Below are positions 45,692 through 61,758 of a DNA stretch of 64,000 bases, in pieces. The notes under the pieces are model-generated. The model was not told where the DNA came from. It searched no databases and saw only the letters and a program-made list of their open reading frames with translations. Where the stretch lies: the NCBI RefSeq assembly GCF_009914755.1, contig NC_060947.1; one strand, 5' to 3'. A program made the position numbers and the translations under genes. Positions within the stretch are counted from its first letter, which is position 1; every line of letters begins with the position of its first letter. Source of the DNA: the human T2T-CHM13v2.0 reference genome, Homo sapiens.

Positions 45692-46594
45692 TCAAGTCAT
45701 CTTAAGAGTAATTTTCAAATAATAGATAGGCGGTAACTTCTCCTTGTTAATACCATGGACTCTGTGATACACAAACATTCCAAAGTACTCTCTCTGGCTT
45801 CTGCAGCCAGAACCCTACTGATACAGTAAATCCCTGAAAGAAATTAGGGAGAGGCAAATTGCAATGGATGAAATCAATCATTGCTAGCAAGGACATACCT
45901 CATGAAATACTAAATGAGTGACTGTGAAGATTAAAAAAGAACTAAATGCAATCAAAATGACAAAGGTACTACCTAAGCAAAGTCAAGATACTATCTTCAC
46001 ATCTTAAGTTGTAATGCAATGAAGTCTTAAAATAACCATCCTAAAATTAAAGCACACAATCAATTTTACCAATAAAAGACAGAGGATCTGTCTTTGCTTT
46101 GGGTCTATATAAAGCATATAAAAGTAAACTCAAAGAGCAACCAACAATTTAGAAACGTTTAATGAGAATTATTCTTAAGAGGATATTAGTATTTCCATCA
46201 TCATAGAATGGTGGATATGAGTAGTCCCATCACCATAGAAGGGTGTTCTGAGAGAAGAGATAGCTCACCAGATTTTTCCATGGCTTGTATGAGACATATC
46301 TTAAAGAACATCCGTATCTCCAAGTCCATGTTTGCCAAACAACTTTCTGATTACTAAATCATATGAGGTTTACCAGAGGCAGATACAAGTATTACAGTCA
46401 CTGTTACAATTCATAAATCAGAATTACATTTTAAACATCAATCTTTTTGTGATTTTGGTTAGGTGTTAACTCCAAAGCTTAATACATTTGAGTATCTGTA
46501 GTTTGGGACTGGGGAACAGAATTTGGAAAATGCTAACACCTAAGAATAGTCATCTTGAAAGGCTCAACTGGCCTTATTCTCAATTCTTGAGTTA

Positions 46595-46864
<270 letters not shown>

Positions 46865-47417
46865 CTATAATAAAAATCAGTATTAACAATGAAAGCAACA
46901 CGAAATGTTTGGTTCATTTGGTAAAAAGGTCTTCAGTGTGCTATCAGTTAGGTTCAAATGAATTTATGCAGAATAATTTAACAGCATTTATGACATGGAT
47001 ACTACATGAACAATATAGGTCAGTGAGAGTTCCTTATAAACTGCTGATTTTATCAAGTATTCAATAAACAGAAGACCCAGAAATGTTTTTAAAATAAAGA
47101 TAGTCTAAACAGTTACAGCTCATTAACCAGGCCTCTGAAGTGGAATTTAGGACTGGGCTATTTAAAAGGCCACAGAATATGACAAACAGAATCTTTCAAT
47201 AACACCCAATTCTGACACAGTGATAAATACAATCCAGCACTCTATTCTCTATTACTGGTATTCAAATTGTATTTTAGTAGGTCCCATGATACATTCAAAG
47301 GATAAAGCACAGTGGCTCTGCTCTATATCTACTTTACATTTGGGAGTTCCATTTAAGATGTTATCTGGAAAATACATTTCCTGCTAAAAAGAAATTAAGT
47401 TTGAAAACCAATGCTTT

Positions 47418-48220
47418 ATGTTATATGTCTATATAACATATAACATGTTTACATGTGTTACATGCCTATATAACATATAACATGTTTACATGTGTTACAT
47501 GCCTATATAACATATAACATGTTTACATGTGTTACATGCCTATATAACATATAACATGTTTACATGTGTTACATGCCTATATAACGTATAACATGTTTAC
47601 ATGTGTTACATGCCTATATAACATAACATGTTTACATGTGTTACATGCCTATATAACATAACATGTTTACATGTGTTACATGCCTATATAACATGTTTAC
47701 ATATGTTACATGCCTATATGACATAACTTGTTTACATGTTACATGTCTATATAACACATAACATGTTTACATGTTATATGTCTATATAACATAACATGTT
47801 TACATGTTATATGTCTATATAACATATAACATGTTTACATGTTATGTCTATATAACACAACATGTTTACATGTTATGTCTGTATAACAACATGTTTACAT
47901 GTTATGTGTCTGTATAACATATAACACGTTTACATATGTCTGTATAACATATAACACGTTTACATGTTATATGTCTGTATAACATATAACACGTTTACAT
48001 GTTATATGTCTGTATAACATATAACACGTTTACATGTTATATGTCTGTATAACATATAACACGTTTACATGTTATGTCTGTATAACATATAACACGTTTA
48101 CATGTTATGTCTGTATAACATATAACATGTTTACATGTTATGTCTGTATAACATATAACATGTTTACATGTTATATCTGTATAACATAACATGTTTACAT
48201 ATGTTATATGTTTATATGCC
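47418..48220. repeat. AT-rich minisatellite, ~23 units of ~30-37 bp (TATATAACATATAACATGTTTACATGTGTTACATGCC and variants)
   Basis: 23 GTTTAC cores counted; variant units arranged in blocks. Confidence 0.97.
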
Positions 48221-48939
48221 TCATAAAGGAAAAGTTTACAAACATCTGCTTTAAGATCACTGTTGATTTTCTTTGGACTTAACTCCTGACTAGAGAGTAT
48301 ATGATTAAGAACAGGCTCCAAGCCTTAGAAAAGCATAGAGAACATCCTGAAGCTGCACTTATCTTAGGAACACACCATCACATTATACATCAGGAGCGTC
48401 TAAAAAAATGATCATATCCTGCAAATCTCAAAAGTGCATTTTATCCCAAATCATGCTATTAAAAAAAATAGAATAGAGTATCCTACCATATTACGATTAT
48501 GGACAAAAATACACCTTGCTGAAAGAAAATATAACTTTAGACTGGCTCAAAATGTAGTGTTAAGATTAGTAGGAAAAATCCCCTTATGATAAGTACCATC
48601 ACAACTCAAAGTTTACCAAAATTCTTCCCCGTGACTACAGAAAAAGTTATTTCTTTGTTATAACAAAATCCCTTGCTAAAAGAATCAATCTGATATAGCC
48701 AATATTTTCTGAGGTTCCTAACCAGCAAAACATAAAGTTAGTTTGTTAAACTCTAATGATAATGACATGACTACTTCAATGTACATTAGGGAAAAAAAAA
48801 AACTTTGAAGCTGGGGATTTTCATTTTTTTTGGGTCACATGCCTTAGGAGAGTACATAGTTACTAGATCATGGGGAACAAGATCTAGTCAGAATCAGTAA
48901 TGTCTTAAAATTTATCATCTGCCATATTTGTATTTAGTA

Positions 48940-49800
48940 AGCACACTTTTATTTCCACCACCACCACACAAATCTAAATTATCATCCTGGCTCATTCTGG
49001 CTACTATCAGACTCCTATAATCTATCTGCAGTCACTCTTAGCCCATTCCAATCTATTCCCTCTTCTGTGACCAGAATTAAAAGGTATTTTTCAAAAGCAA
49101 AACTCTCATGTCATTCCTTTGCTTTAAACCCTTTAATGATTTCCTATTGGTGTTACAATAGAGCCTACAAAATCCTAGTCTGGCCCCTGTCCACTTTTCC
49201 AATTGTATCTGGGGAGAATCTGTTTCTGCTCTCTGTGATATAGCTAAATTGGCTTTCTTTCAGCTCCTATCTACCTCAGGACCTTTGCACATGCCGTTCC
49301 CTCTTTCTAGAAACATGCCCCAGCCTCCTCACATATTTGATTTACCAAATATTTATTGATTTCCTACCATGTAGAGGCAGGGAATAAACAAGAAAACATA
49401 ACAATAAAATATCAGATAGTGATAAACCTAATAAAAGTAAAGCAAGGTGACATAATAAGACAAAGACTAGGAGGCTACCTTGGATTGTTTGATCAGGGAA
49501 GGCCTAATCAAGGAGTTGACACTTAAGTTGAGATTGGGTAATTCCTACTTATCTTTCAAAACTTAACCCAAACTACACTTCCTCAGGAAGTTTTCTCTGA
49601 GCCTCCCATATCAAATTTGGTTACCCTGTTAGAAGTTTGCATTCTATCTTGCATTTTTCTTTCTTAGCACTTATCTGATTAAAGGTATTTCTCATAATAG
49701 GCTATAAACTCTAGCATGACAGGACTCTGTCTAATTTACCATTTATATCTAACACCTAAGCCACTTCTGGCACATAGCTGATACTCAAACAGCATTTGCA
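48940..49800. mobile_element. L2 fragments (mixed orientation)
   Basis: cctcaggacctttgcacatgccgttccctct and other L2 motifs; boundaries approximate. Confidence 0.6.
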
Positions 49801-50533
49801 AAATAGAAGAACTTTACATCCCTCTGATACATAAACACCATGATATAGTATAAAGACAACTGAGTTGAGTCAGAAGAATTGGTTTCTATTCTTATCACTT
49901 ACTATCGTGTAATCACATGGCAACCATTTGGCATTCTCTCCTTAAAATGCTTATGAATTGATAGTTGAAACAGACAAAAAATAAGGTTTTTAAATTAAGC
50001 TTAATCTGAAGTCAACCAGTATTATGATAAACTGAAAAACATCAACACTACCCATGTGATTTCTGCTATTAATCCTTTCAACTTTTTACATAACAAATAC
50101 TACAGCCTCTTACAATGACAAATACACTTTCTGAAAGAGGAAAAAAGACCTTTCTTTTCCTACTTCTTCCTCTTACCCCTATTCCTTGAAAAAACTATGT
50201 AGGATACCCTTGTTGAAATAAGGTACGCTCTACCCCTATAACGGTAACAATGAAAAAATGCCAACCCCTGCTAAAAACAAAATAACTTATATGTCCTCAT
50301 TGTATACAATAACATAGTAGATGAGTAACTACCAGACTTAGAAAAGATCTTGAAAAGATTTCATACTTGCTTTTAGCAGGTATAGCGCGTGTCATCCCTA
50401 TTTTACAGATATGTCAACAGAGCCCTCTCAGAAAATCATTTTTCCAAGGACTAGTATAGTATATCATAGAAAGGAACCTGGAACTTAAATTTCCTGTGTC
50501 TTAAAATAATGTGCTTTTTGACCATTTTAATTA

Positions 50534-50731
<198 letters not shown>

Positions 50732-51717
50732 TCATATCTTATAAATTTTTGACAAAGGTGCATGTTAAATAGCAAATTATGACAAAATTTCTCCAGGAGT
50801 ATACAACTGTTTAGATTTAAAAATCCTAAACTATACCGTTAAGTATTCATGAAAGAAAAAAATAAATATATCTGCATAGGGCAATACCCATTAGCTTATT
50901 TCAGGGAGAAAAAAAGACCCTAAAATGACAAAAATTTGGTAAATAGTTCCTTGAGAACCAAAAACTACTAAGAAATCTATAAATACCTTGAAAAATAAAA
51001 TTCATACTTATATTGGTTGTCAGAAAATATGAAAACATAATGGCCAATTTATTATCTTAAATATGAATGTTTTTAAAAACCCATAGGTCTTATAAAAAAG
51101 CAGATTTAGTACCATTTTTATGTAATTAAATATGACATTATCAATGGGCGACTATGATGAAAAAGTCATTTCTATATTGCAACTAATGGAAAGATAGTTG
51201 ATTTCAGGACCATACCCTAAAGAAGCTGTAGTGTCCCAAAGAGGTAATTATGTATCTTCCAATCAACAGTGAAGATGACAAAACTAAATGCTGATTAAGT
51301 GGATATTTATTACTGAGTAGGAAAAATATTATAAAAGTGTCCTTAGAAAATTAGAGAAAAAGTTAAACATATGATGACATTTAATAGGGACAACTCTCAA
51401 GGTAGAAAGTAAAATAGATATATTTTTTAATGACCTATAAAAAACTAAGGCAGAGAATGGCTCTGTAGGCATCAGTAGAACACAGAGATCTTTGAGTCAC
51501 AAAAGACCAGAATATCAAATGAATCAGCAATGTTCCTGTCATCCACTCTGTCAATCAACAGTAACGAAGATTTGCTTAGAGGCTGTACAGATGCAAACTT
51601 CATGTCTACAATTAACTTCAAACTATTTATTAATGTAAAAAGATATTTTATATTCACTATTAAACTCAATGTAAAATATATCATGAGAACCACATAAACA
51701 TCTAACATATATTCTTA

Positions 51718-52512
<795 letters not shown>

Positions 52513-52649
52513 AATACATATTCACCCATACTTCTGTCACTGTTAACACTTCAGTTTCTATTTTCAGAATTTATAAAATACAGACATACACACTTCAATA
52601 TTTTCTACTACAAAAAATTGAATTGAACTACATATGTTTTTCCCTAGCT

Positions 52650-53110
52650 TAACTGTATTTCGTAGATCTATTTCTATGTTTACAAGTACAAAACTACTAT
52701 CACTTTTAATAAGTGTTCAACTATATGAATGTACCAAAATTTTTTCAATTAATCCCTTAATGATCAACTGTTGTTTCCAATCTTCACCATTATAAATAAT
52801 GCTGTGATGAACATCTCTATATAATCTTTGTACAACCTCATACATATCTTTGCTGAGTCAGAGTAGGTGTATTTTTAAAGCTTTTGATACATACTGCCAA
52901 ATTGTTTCCCTGAAAAGTTTTTTTAATAATTTATAATCTCATCACAAGTTGTAGAAGTGTCCATTTTCCCAAAACCCTTGGCAATATTGGGATTATCATT
53001 TTTCATTATCTTGTCATTCTGAAAGAAAAAAAAGTGACTGTTATTTTAATTAATATTTCTTTGATTATTAGTAAAGTTGGACATCTCCTCATGTGTTTAT
53101 TGGCCACACG
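52650..53110 (-). mobile_element. Old L1M(E) fragment
   Basis: ttgtttccaat...aataatgctgtgatgaacat...ttgatacatactgccaaatt; boundaries approximate. Confidence 0.6.
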
Positions 53111-53419
53111 AATAATTAAGACCACAATAATGTATTTTCTCCTTAATGGAAAAAGACAGGGAGTTAAAAATTTAGGTTCTTCCATCATGAAAGAACAGTA
53201 GCTATACTAATGTTCAAGCATCTAACTCAGTATAATGCAGTCAAGTCAACCTTAAAATTTATTTGGTGGTTTTTTCATTCCTAATACAGACATCACTGTT
53301 TGTAGACTATCATTATTTACTCTCAAATTGGACAAAAATGAACAACTCTATCACTGTAATTATTTGCTGTCAAAAAATTATTTAAAAATAAAACATGATC
53401 ATCCTATAAAGTCCTTATA

Positions 53420-54064
<645 letters not shown>

Positions 54065-54664
54065 ATTTGAAACAAATTTATGCTAGGTGCTTAAAATTTT
54101 AAATCTATTATGCTAGGTAAACTTTTAGGCTAGAGCCTTTTTGGCCACCATCTTTTTGGGATTAGACATTTTAGAGAGTGCAAGGATATCTGCATATAAT
54201 TTCTGACTTTAGGGATACAGGAGTAATGAGTGATGCAGATATTCAGAGAAAGTCAAGACAACTAAAAGCTGGAACATTCAGGAAAGGTTTCAGGTAGGGC
54301 ATGAACCGTAAAAGGAAGATAAGACCTAGTTAAGAAGAGGGGGAAAAAAAGAAAGGACAGGGAGAAGAGAATAAAGGAGAAAGAAAGTAGGAGAGAGAGA
54401 GAAAGAGGTTAGGGGAAGGTAGGAAGTGGCATTTCTTGGTAGAAATGATGTGAGGAAAAGTATAAGCAAAGGAATGGATGAGATGTGAACAGAAGCAGGG
54501 TACATCAATTAGGCTGGATCTAAGGATTCATATAGAGAATAGTAGCAAAGAATGTAGCTCTAAGTCATGTGGTAAAAAGCTGTGAATGCCAGGCTAAGAC
54601 ATTTGAATTATATTCCATAGACAGAGAAGAGGAAACACTAAAGATTTCTATAAAGAACAATGTT

Positions 54665-54983
<319 letters not shown>

Positions 54984-55262
54984 TCAAATAATGGAACACT
55001 TGACTGACGTGGGTGCTAACAGAAATAGAGCAAAATAAACAAAGAAGAAAGCACTCAGAAAGGACGACCTGATAGGCTATGGTTACTACTTGGATGAGAT
55101 TGTGGAAGTGATGGCTAAGGATGTCATCAAAGACAAACAAGGGCTTTGAACCTAAATAACTGGACAGAAATAAGGTATCTATCATAGAAGTAGCTGCATC
55201 TGAGGGAATGGTAGTAAAATATATCAAACATTTGTTTACACAAATATGTATTACATAATTAC

Positions 55263-55303
55263 CTGTCTCCATTGTTACAGAACTGAACAGCAACAACTTT
55301 ATC
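55263..55303 (-). CDS. BRWD3: BRWD3 exon ~12 (41 nt): DKVVAVQFCNNGD
   Basis: tcttag acceptor, CAG|gtaatt donor. Confidence 0.93.
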
Positions 55304-55891
55304 CTAAGACATGAAACAGATTTTTCGTTAAAATGGACTTATTTGTAAAATGAATTAAGTGCTCTTTCTCTCAAATTCATAGGCAAAAACATCATGAAGT
55401 AGTTTTTTTTTTTTTTAATTTCAATGAAGCCCAAAACAATGTACTAACTATTGAGGAATACCTATTGGCAGTAACAGGAAACAAACCAGACATAGGGAAA
55501 CCTCACAAACCATATTTCAAGAGACAAATAGTTCTGAATAGATATTAGTTTATTATGTCCTCCATAATAAGACAGCACACTAATATAAGAGAATACCTTA
55601 AAATAGTTAATTTAATAGTAGTTGCATTAAATTTTACACATAATTTTATTAATGTTTGAAAATAAATCAATCATTTCCTGTTTCCCACATCATTTATTTA
55701 ATTATTTTCCAATGGAATCATCTGACAATCTATAGGTAATCTTCTTTTAGAATAATTAACCCATACTTTTACAAGTATAGTATGTATAGTAGTAATGACA
55801 AGAGTAAAGTGTAAGCCAAAATTTGTGATTTGTATATGTTACTATGGTACAGATCAGAAAAGAAATGAAATAAGCTTTCCAAGGATGTTCA

Positions 55892-56068
<177 letters not shown>

Positions 56069-56910
56069 TTAAAAACCCTCTCATTACTTCCTTAGTTGTA
56101 TGCTACCTTGCATTAGTAAAAAGGCTTAAAGAAACACAAGGTTGTCTTCTAATTATTGGAGACATACTAGCGATTTAGAGAAAATGTAAAACTGTATCAT
56201 TCATCCAACAAAATCTACAAACTATACACTGAATACAGGCCGCCTATGATCATAAACATTAAAGAACACATCCTGAGGAATGCATTTCTTTATTTAGAAA
56301 TGCAATGTTCCAAAATTATTTATAAGACAACTTATCTACAATTCTCTTTACTGTGGTTATAGTGGTTGAGTGTAAAAAGTCAACTGCTTTTGGGATGATG
56401 AAAAAGTTTTAGAGATGGATGGTGTGACAGATGCAGACCAATGTGAATATACTGTACACTTAAGAATGGCTAAAATGATAAAATTTTAGGTTCTGTATAT
56501 TTCACCACAATCAAAAAAAGGAAAAAAAAAAAGGTTAACTAATGTAGGATTCTTAGCAGTAGAGAAAGCACTGTAAAAGTGTTTTCAATATGGAGCAACA
56601 GTACATGTTTTTTTGTCAACTCTGGGCAGAATTTTTGTGTTGATTGCGGGGCAGTAAACTTTTTTGTTAGTGGGTATTTAGAGTAGGGGGTCTGTTTTTT
56701 ACCAAGCAAAATCACCATTATATAAAAATGTATTAAATTATGAATAAGGAAAAAAAAATCAACCTTACACATTACTTAGAGTCCAAAAGAGTTTATCTAT
56801 CATAACACATGGTTCAGATTTTTGATATCCTTCAATTAACACTCAAATGTGTATCTTTTTTCTTCATAAATCACTTTCACAACTGGATCGTTAAATATTC
56901 TAGATGCTCA

Positions 56911-57063
<153 letters not shown>

Positions 57064-57345
57064 TTAGCGCACTACTGGATACTGATCAATTTAGCATCAA
57101 TATTATAGAAAAAACAAAAGGAACGTGGTCAATAAGTACTATTCTCATCAATTAGGTTAAAAATGCATTTAACCTTGCAAATATACTTTATGATATCAGT
57201 ATTATTACTATAGTTTTATTAACCATATTACTTACTACTACCATTATGAGAAATCTTCTTACCAAAGTAAGAAATGAAACAAATAAAATCCTACCAAGAT
57301 TTTCTATATAAATTGTCTCTTCAACATTAATATCAAAAAAATTTT

Positions 57346-57633
<288 letters not shown>

Positions 57634-57793
57634 CTAAAATCTCTTAACAACCTATTGAAGTAGGTATGGATATGTATACACAAATACACATACACATATG
57701 TAAATATATATATTTAAATACATGGACTATTAAGAATCAAGGCAATAGATAAAAAATTAACATGCTTAATTTTTCACAAAATTTCTAAACTTA

Positions 57794-57943
<150 letters not shown>

Positions 57944-58969
57944 CTAACATCAAACACGGAGTATTTTCAAATTGTAATCATTTAACAAATATAATTTCAA
58001 TAAATTCAGCTAAAAATTTTTGTTTCAAGGGACTATTTAACTTTCCTAGATTAATAAATACCTTATAAAAAATTTAAAATATCAAAAAAACTATAGGAAA
58101 AGTAACTGAACTTAGGGTAAAATGTTTTAGTTATAAAAAAATTACTTTTAAATTATTTAACATTACACTTTAAGATTTTTAATCACTTTCGGTGGAGAAT
58201 AAACTCACAAGCACATTACTACTTAAACCTTTACAAATGTGCTATATATACACTTATAGAAACAACTGTGGAATTTTTATAGTTCAGATGGGCAGAGGAT
58301 TAGAAGTAAATCTAAAAACACTTGGGAAGTTAATATCCAAGTATTTGGTTTTATTATTTATTTCACTTTAAAATCCAGTTCCATTCAATTGAAGTATATA
58401 ATTTTGTCTTTTTTAGATGTAAGCCATTTGTTTCCATAAATAATGTAAAATAGTTCAAATCGTTATTCGTATCATATCATTGTGGGAAAACGGAGATCAA
58501 GTTAAAAAAAAAAAGTTGTCAATACAGAGGACTACTACTATGTCAGAAGGATCAAGGCCTTTATCATGTGGGCTTCTCAGGCTCTTACTCTCAGTATTTT
58601 ACATATCCTCAGAAAAGAATCACAGAAAAGGGAAAAGAACAACTGAGCTCCTGATGTCTGGGACACAGGAAAAAGCTGAAAATTGGACAAGAGTTTCTGG
58701 CATGTCAGTGAGTTTTTAAAATCCCAAATGAAGATAATTAAACATTTCCATTGAGATGATGACTAAGGATTAAGATATATAGGGTTTGAATACATTTTGA
58801 ATGCAAATCAAAAGAAAATTATCATTATAGAAATTTGAAGTAATTTACTTAGCTTCTTTGGAAGCACAGAACTTCTAAAGACAACAGAGATGAATTCAAA
58901 CAAAAATTACTCATTAATATTATTCATTAACAACTGATGTGCAGTAAAGAAACCAGGACTCATGCCTAT

Positions 58970-59313
58970 ATAGTCCTCCGTTGGTATCATTGAGACATTG
59001 CTTCCAGGACCTCCCATGGATACTAAAATCAGTAGATGCTCAAGTCCCTGATATAAAATGGTATGGTATTTGCAGATAACATATGTACATCCTCCTGTAT
59101 ACTTTAAATTAAATCATCTCTAGATTACTGATAATACCTAATACAATGTAAATGCTGTAGTAATTTGTTGTTATACTATATTACTTAAGGGATAATGACA
59201 AGAAAAAAATCTGTACATGTTCAGTACGAATGTTAATTTTTTTCAAATGACTTTTGTTCCTCAGCTGGTTGAAGCCACAGATGCAGAATCTACGGATACA
59301 AAGGGTAAACTGT
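58970..59313 (+). mobile_element. MER2
   Basis: ccaggacctcccatggatactaaaatc...gatgctcaagtccctgatataaaatgg. Confidence 0.85.
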
Positions 59314-59359
59314 ATTTTCATTTCTGAGATTGAGAAATTTGCATTAAAAAGCTTAATCT

Positions 59360-59651
59360 GGCTGGGCGCAGTGGCTCACACCTGTAATCTCAGCACTTTG
59401 GGAGGCCGAGGCAGGCAGATCACCTGAGGTCGGGAGTTCGAAACGAGACTGGCCGATATGGCAAAACCCCGTCTCTATTAAAAATAAAAAAATTAGCTGG
59501 GCATGGTGGCACATGCCTGTAATCCCAGCTACTCAGGATGCTGAGGCATGAGAATTGCTTGAAGCCAGAAGGCAGAGGTTGCAGTTAGCTGAGACCGTAC
59601 CACCGCACTCCAGCCTGGGCTACACAGCAAGACTGTCTCAACAACAACATC
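59360..59651 (+). mobile_element. AluS
   Basis: TSD aaaagctta(a/c)tct. Confidence 0.93.
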
Positions 59652-59673
59652 AAAAGCTTACTCTAAAATCTAC

Positions 59674-59880
59674 AGCAGTAATCCACAAATTATGGCCAAC
59701 ACACCAAATTCAGCTTATTGCCTGCTTCTGTAAATATAGTGTTATTGGAACACAGTCGCCTTACACTGTCTATGGCTGCTTTTGCACTATGGGAACAGAG
59801 CTGAGCAGTTGTGACAGAGATTGTATGACATGCTAAGCCTAAATATTTACTATCTGGCCTGTATATTTGCTGATCTCAGA
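59674..59880 (+). mobile_element. MER58A
   Basis: ttattggaacacagtc...gcagttgtgacagaga...aatatttactatctggcc. Confidence 0.75.
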
Positions 59881-60011
59881 TCTACAGGAATTAGACAATT
59901 AAATATGAAATAGTATAATTTTATAAAGTGAAGAAATATTGAAACCTTTATCTCCATTGCATTTAAATTGCTTCATCTATCACAAAGGGGGACCTGGCCC
60001 ATTAATGTGCC

Positions 60012-60150
60012 TTAATAGAATTGTTTTAATGAGAAATCATGTTATGGATTGTTTAATAAAAAATCGTGTTATGGATTGTTTAATAAAATCAGGTTACGGA
60101 TTGTTTAATAGAATTGTTTTAAATGAGAAAACATGTTATGGACTGTTTAA
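60012..60150. repeat. Short compound tandem repeat (aaatcatgttatggattgtttaata-like ~25-mer, 4 copies)
   Basis: Direct read. Confidence 0.85.
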
Positions 60151-60349
60151 TACATACCTATTGTACAAAACTTAGGAAATGTGGAAAAACAGAAAAAAAG
60201 TAACACGTAATTCTGCCATTCAGTGGTAACCACTATTAGCATCATACCACTTTAACTATATTTTGTTAAAAAAAATACAAAACGTGGGAGAATAATATAT
60301 CACTGATGTTAATAAACACAGCCAATACACAAATAATAAAGAACATGTA

Positions 60350-61330
60350 AAGAATACCAAAAGATGACTATTACTACAGACAAAAAAATGAAACAGAAGG
60401 GAAGATACAGAGTTGCTGTGCACACAGTGGAGGGGGTGGGGGGGGCAGTGGTTTACAATTTTAATCAGAGCAATAAGGTAGTCAGAGAAGGTCTCCCTGA
60501 GAGGGTGACATGTGCACAAAGCACATAGAAACTGAGAAAACAAACTATGTGAATATCCAGGGAAGACCACTCCAGAGACAGGAAACAGTTAAGAGCAAAG
60601 GCAGCCATGTACCTAGAATGTTCAAGAAAAGCAAAGTGGCCAGCAGTAAGCAGAGTGAAAAAGGCAAACAAACACGCAGTAGATGAGATTGAAGAGCGCC
60701 AAGGAGGCTGAGAATACAGAGCACTGTGAGTCACTGTGAAGACTTCAGCTTTAACTCTGAGATTGGAAGCTACTGATGGTCCTGAGCACCAGTGACACAA
60801 TTTAACTGCCATTTTAAAATAACTTTGTCTGTTAAACTGAGAGACTAAACTGGGTGCAGGGGAAAGGGAATGGAAGATGCAGGCAGATCGGTTAGAAGTC
60901 TATTTCAATAATCTAGACCACAGGTGATAGTGCCTTAAAACAGGACAGCAATAACAGAGGTCATGAGAATTTGCCAGATTCTAGATACACTTTGATGGTA
61001 GAACCAACATGATTTGCTGACAAGTTAGACACAAAGTATAAGAGAAAGATAAAAGGGATGATCTACTCTGAGCAGTTGAAAGCATGGTATTGCCATTTGT
61101 TTGGATGAAAAGGCTTGGGGAGAAGATCTAAGGAAGAAAAAATAGTTCAATAATGAATATAATGAGTTTGAAATACCTAGTAGACATCCATGTGATGATG
61201 CCAAGAAGATAGTTGCATAAACAAGTATGGAGCTAAAAGATCCTAAATGGAGATGGAAGTTTGAGAATCATCAGTTTACAGATTAAATTCAAAACCATGA
61301 GATGACTAAGAGAAAGAGTATGATAGAGAG
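60350..61330 (-). mobile_element. L2 fragment
   Basis: gtcagagaaggtctccctgag...gaatgttcaagaaaagc motifs; boundaries approximate. Confidence 0.65.
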
Positions 61331-61436
61331 GTCTACAGATCTCTAAGGCACTACAATATGTAAAAGAAATGAGAAAATAAACAAGCAAATGAAACTATGA
61401 AAAAAACAACAGTATCATAAATATTTTTCATTATTT

Positions 61437-61758
61437 AGTAGACCCTCCTTATCTGCAGAGGACACATATCAAGACCTCCAGTGGATGCCTGAAACCTTGA
61501 ATAGTACCAAGCCCTAAGTTTTTTCCTATGCCTACACACCTATAAGCTTAATTTATAAATTAGGCACAGTAGGAAATTAACAAATAATACCTAATAATAA
61601 TGTTATAAAATTATAACAATATACTATAATAAAAGTTATATGAATGTGGTCTCTTTCCCAAAGTATGTCATTGCACTGCATTCACCTATTTTCAAACCAT
61701 GGCTGATGGTGGGTAACTGAAACCTTGGAAAGCCAAACCGCAGATAAGGGGGACTACG
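61437..61758. mobile_element. MER44/Tigger7-like MITE
   Basis: TIRs gtagaccctccttatctgc / gcagataagggggactac. Confidence 0.8.

Noticed and set aside
46196-46245. 19-bp imperfect direct repeat ccatca.catagaa.ggtg
   Set aside because: Small local duplication with no enclosed element
47418-48220. CRISPR-like array of ~35-bp palindromic repeats
   Set aside because: Units are directly adjacent with no unique spacers, there are no cas genes, and the context is a primate intron. It is a minisatellite; ORF 48037..48321 is just its translation
58589-58607. Possible 19-nt microexon (long pyrimidine tract, AGA|gtaaga donor)
   Set aside because: Acceptor is the disfavoured GAG and there is no other support
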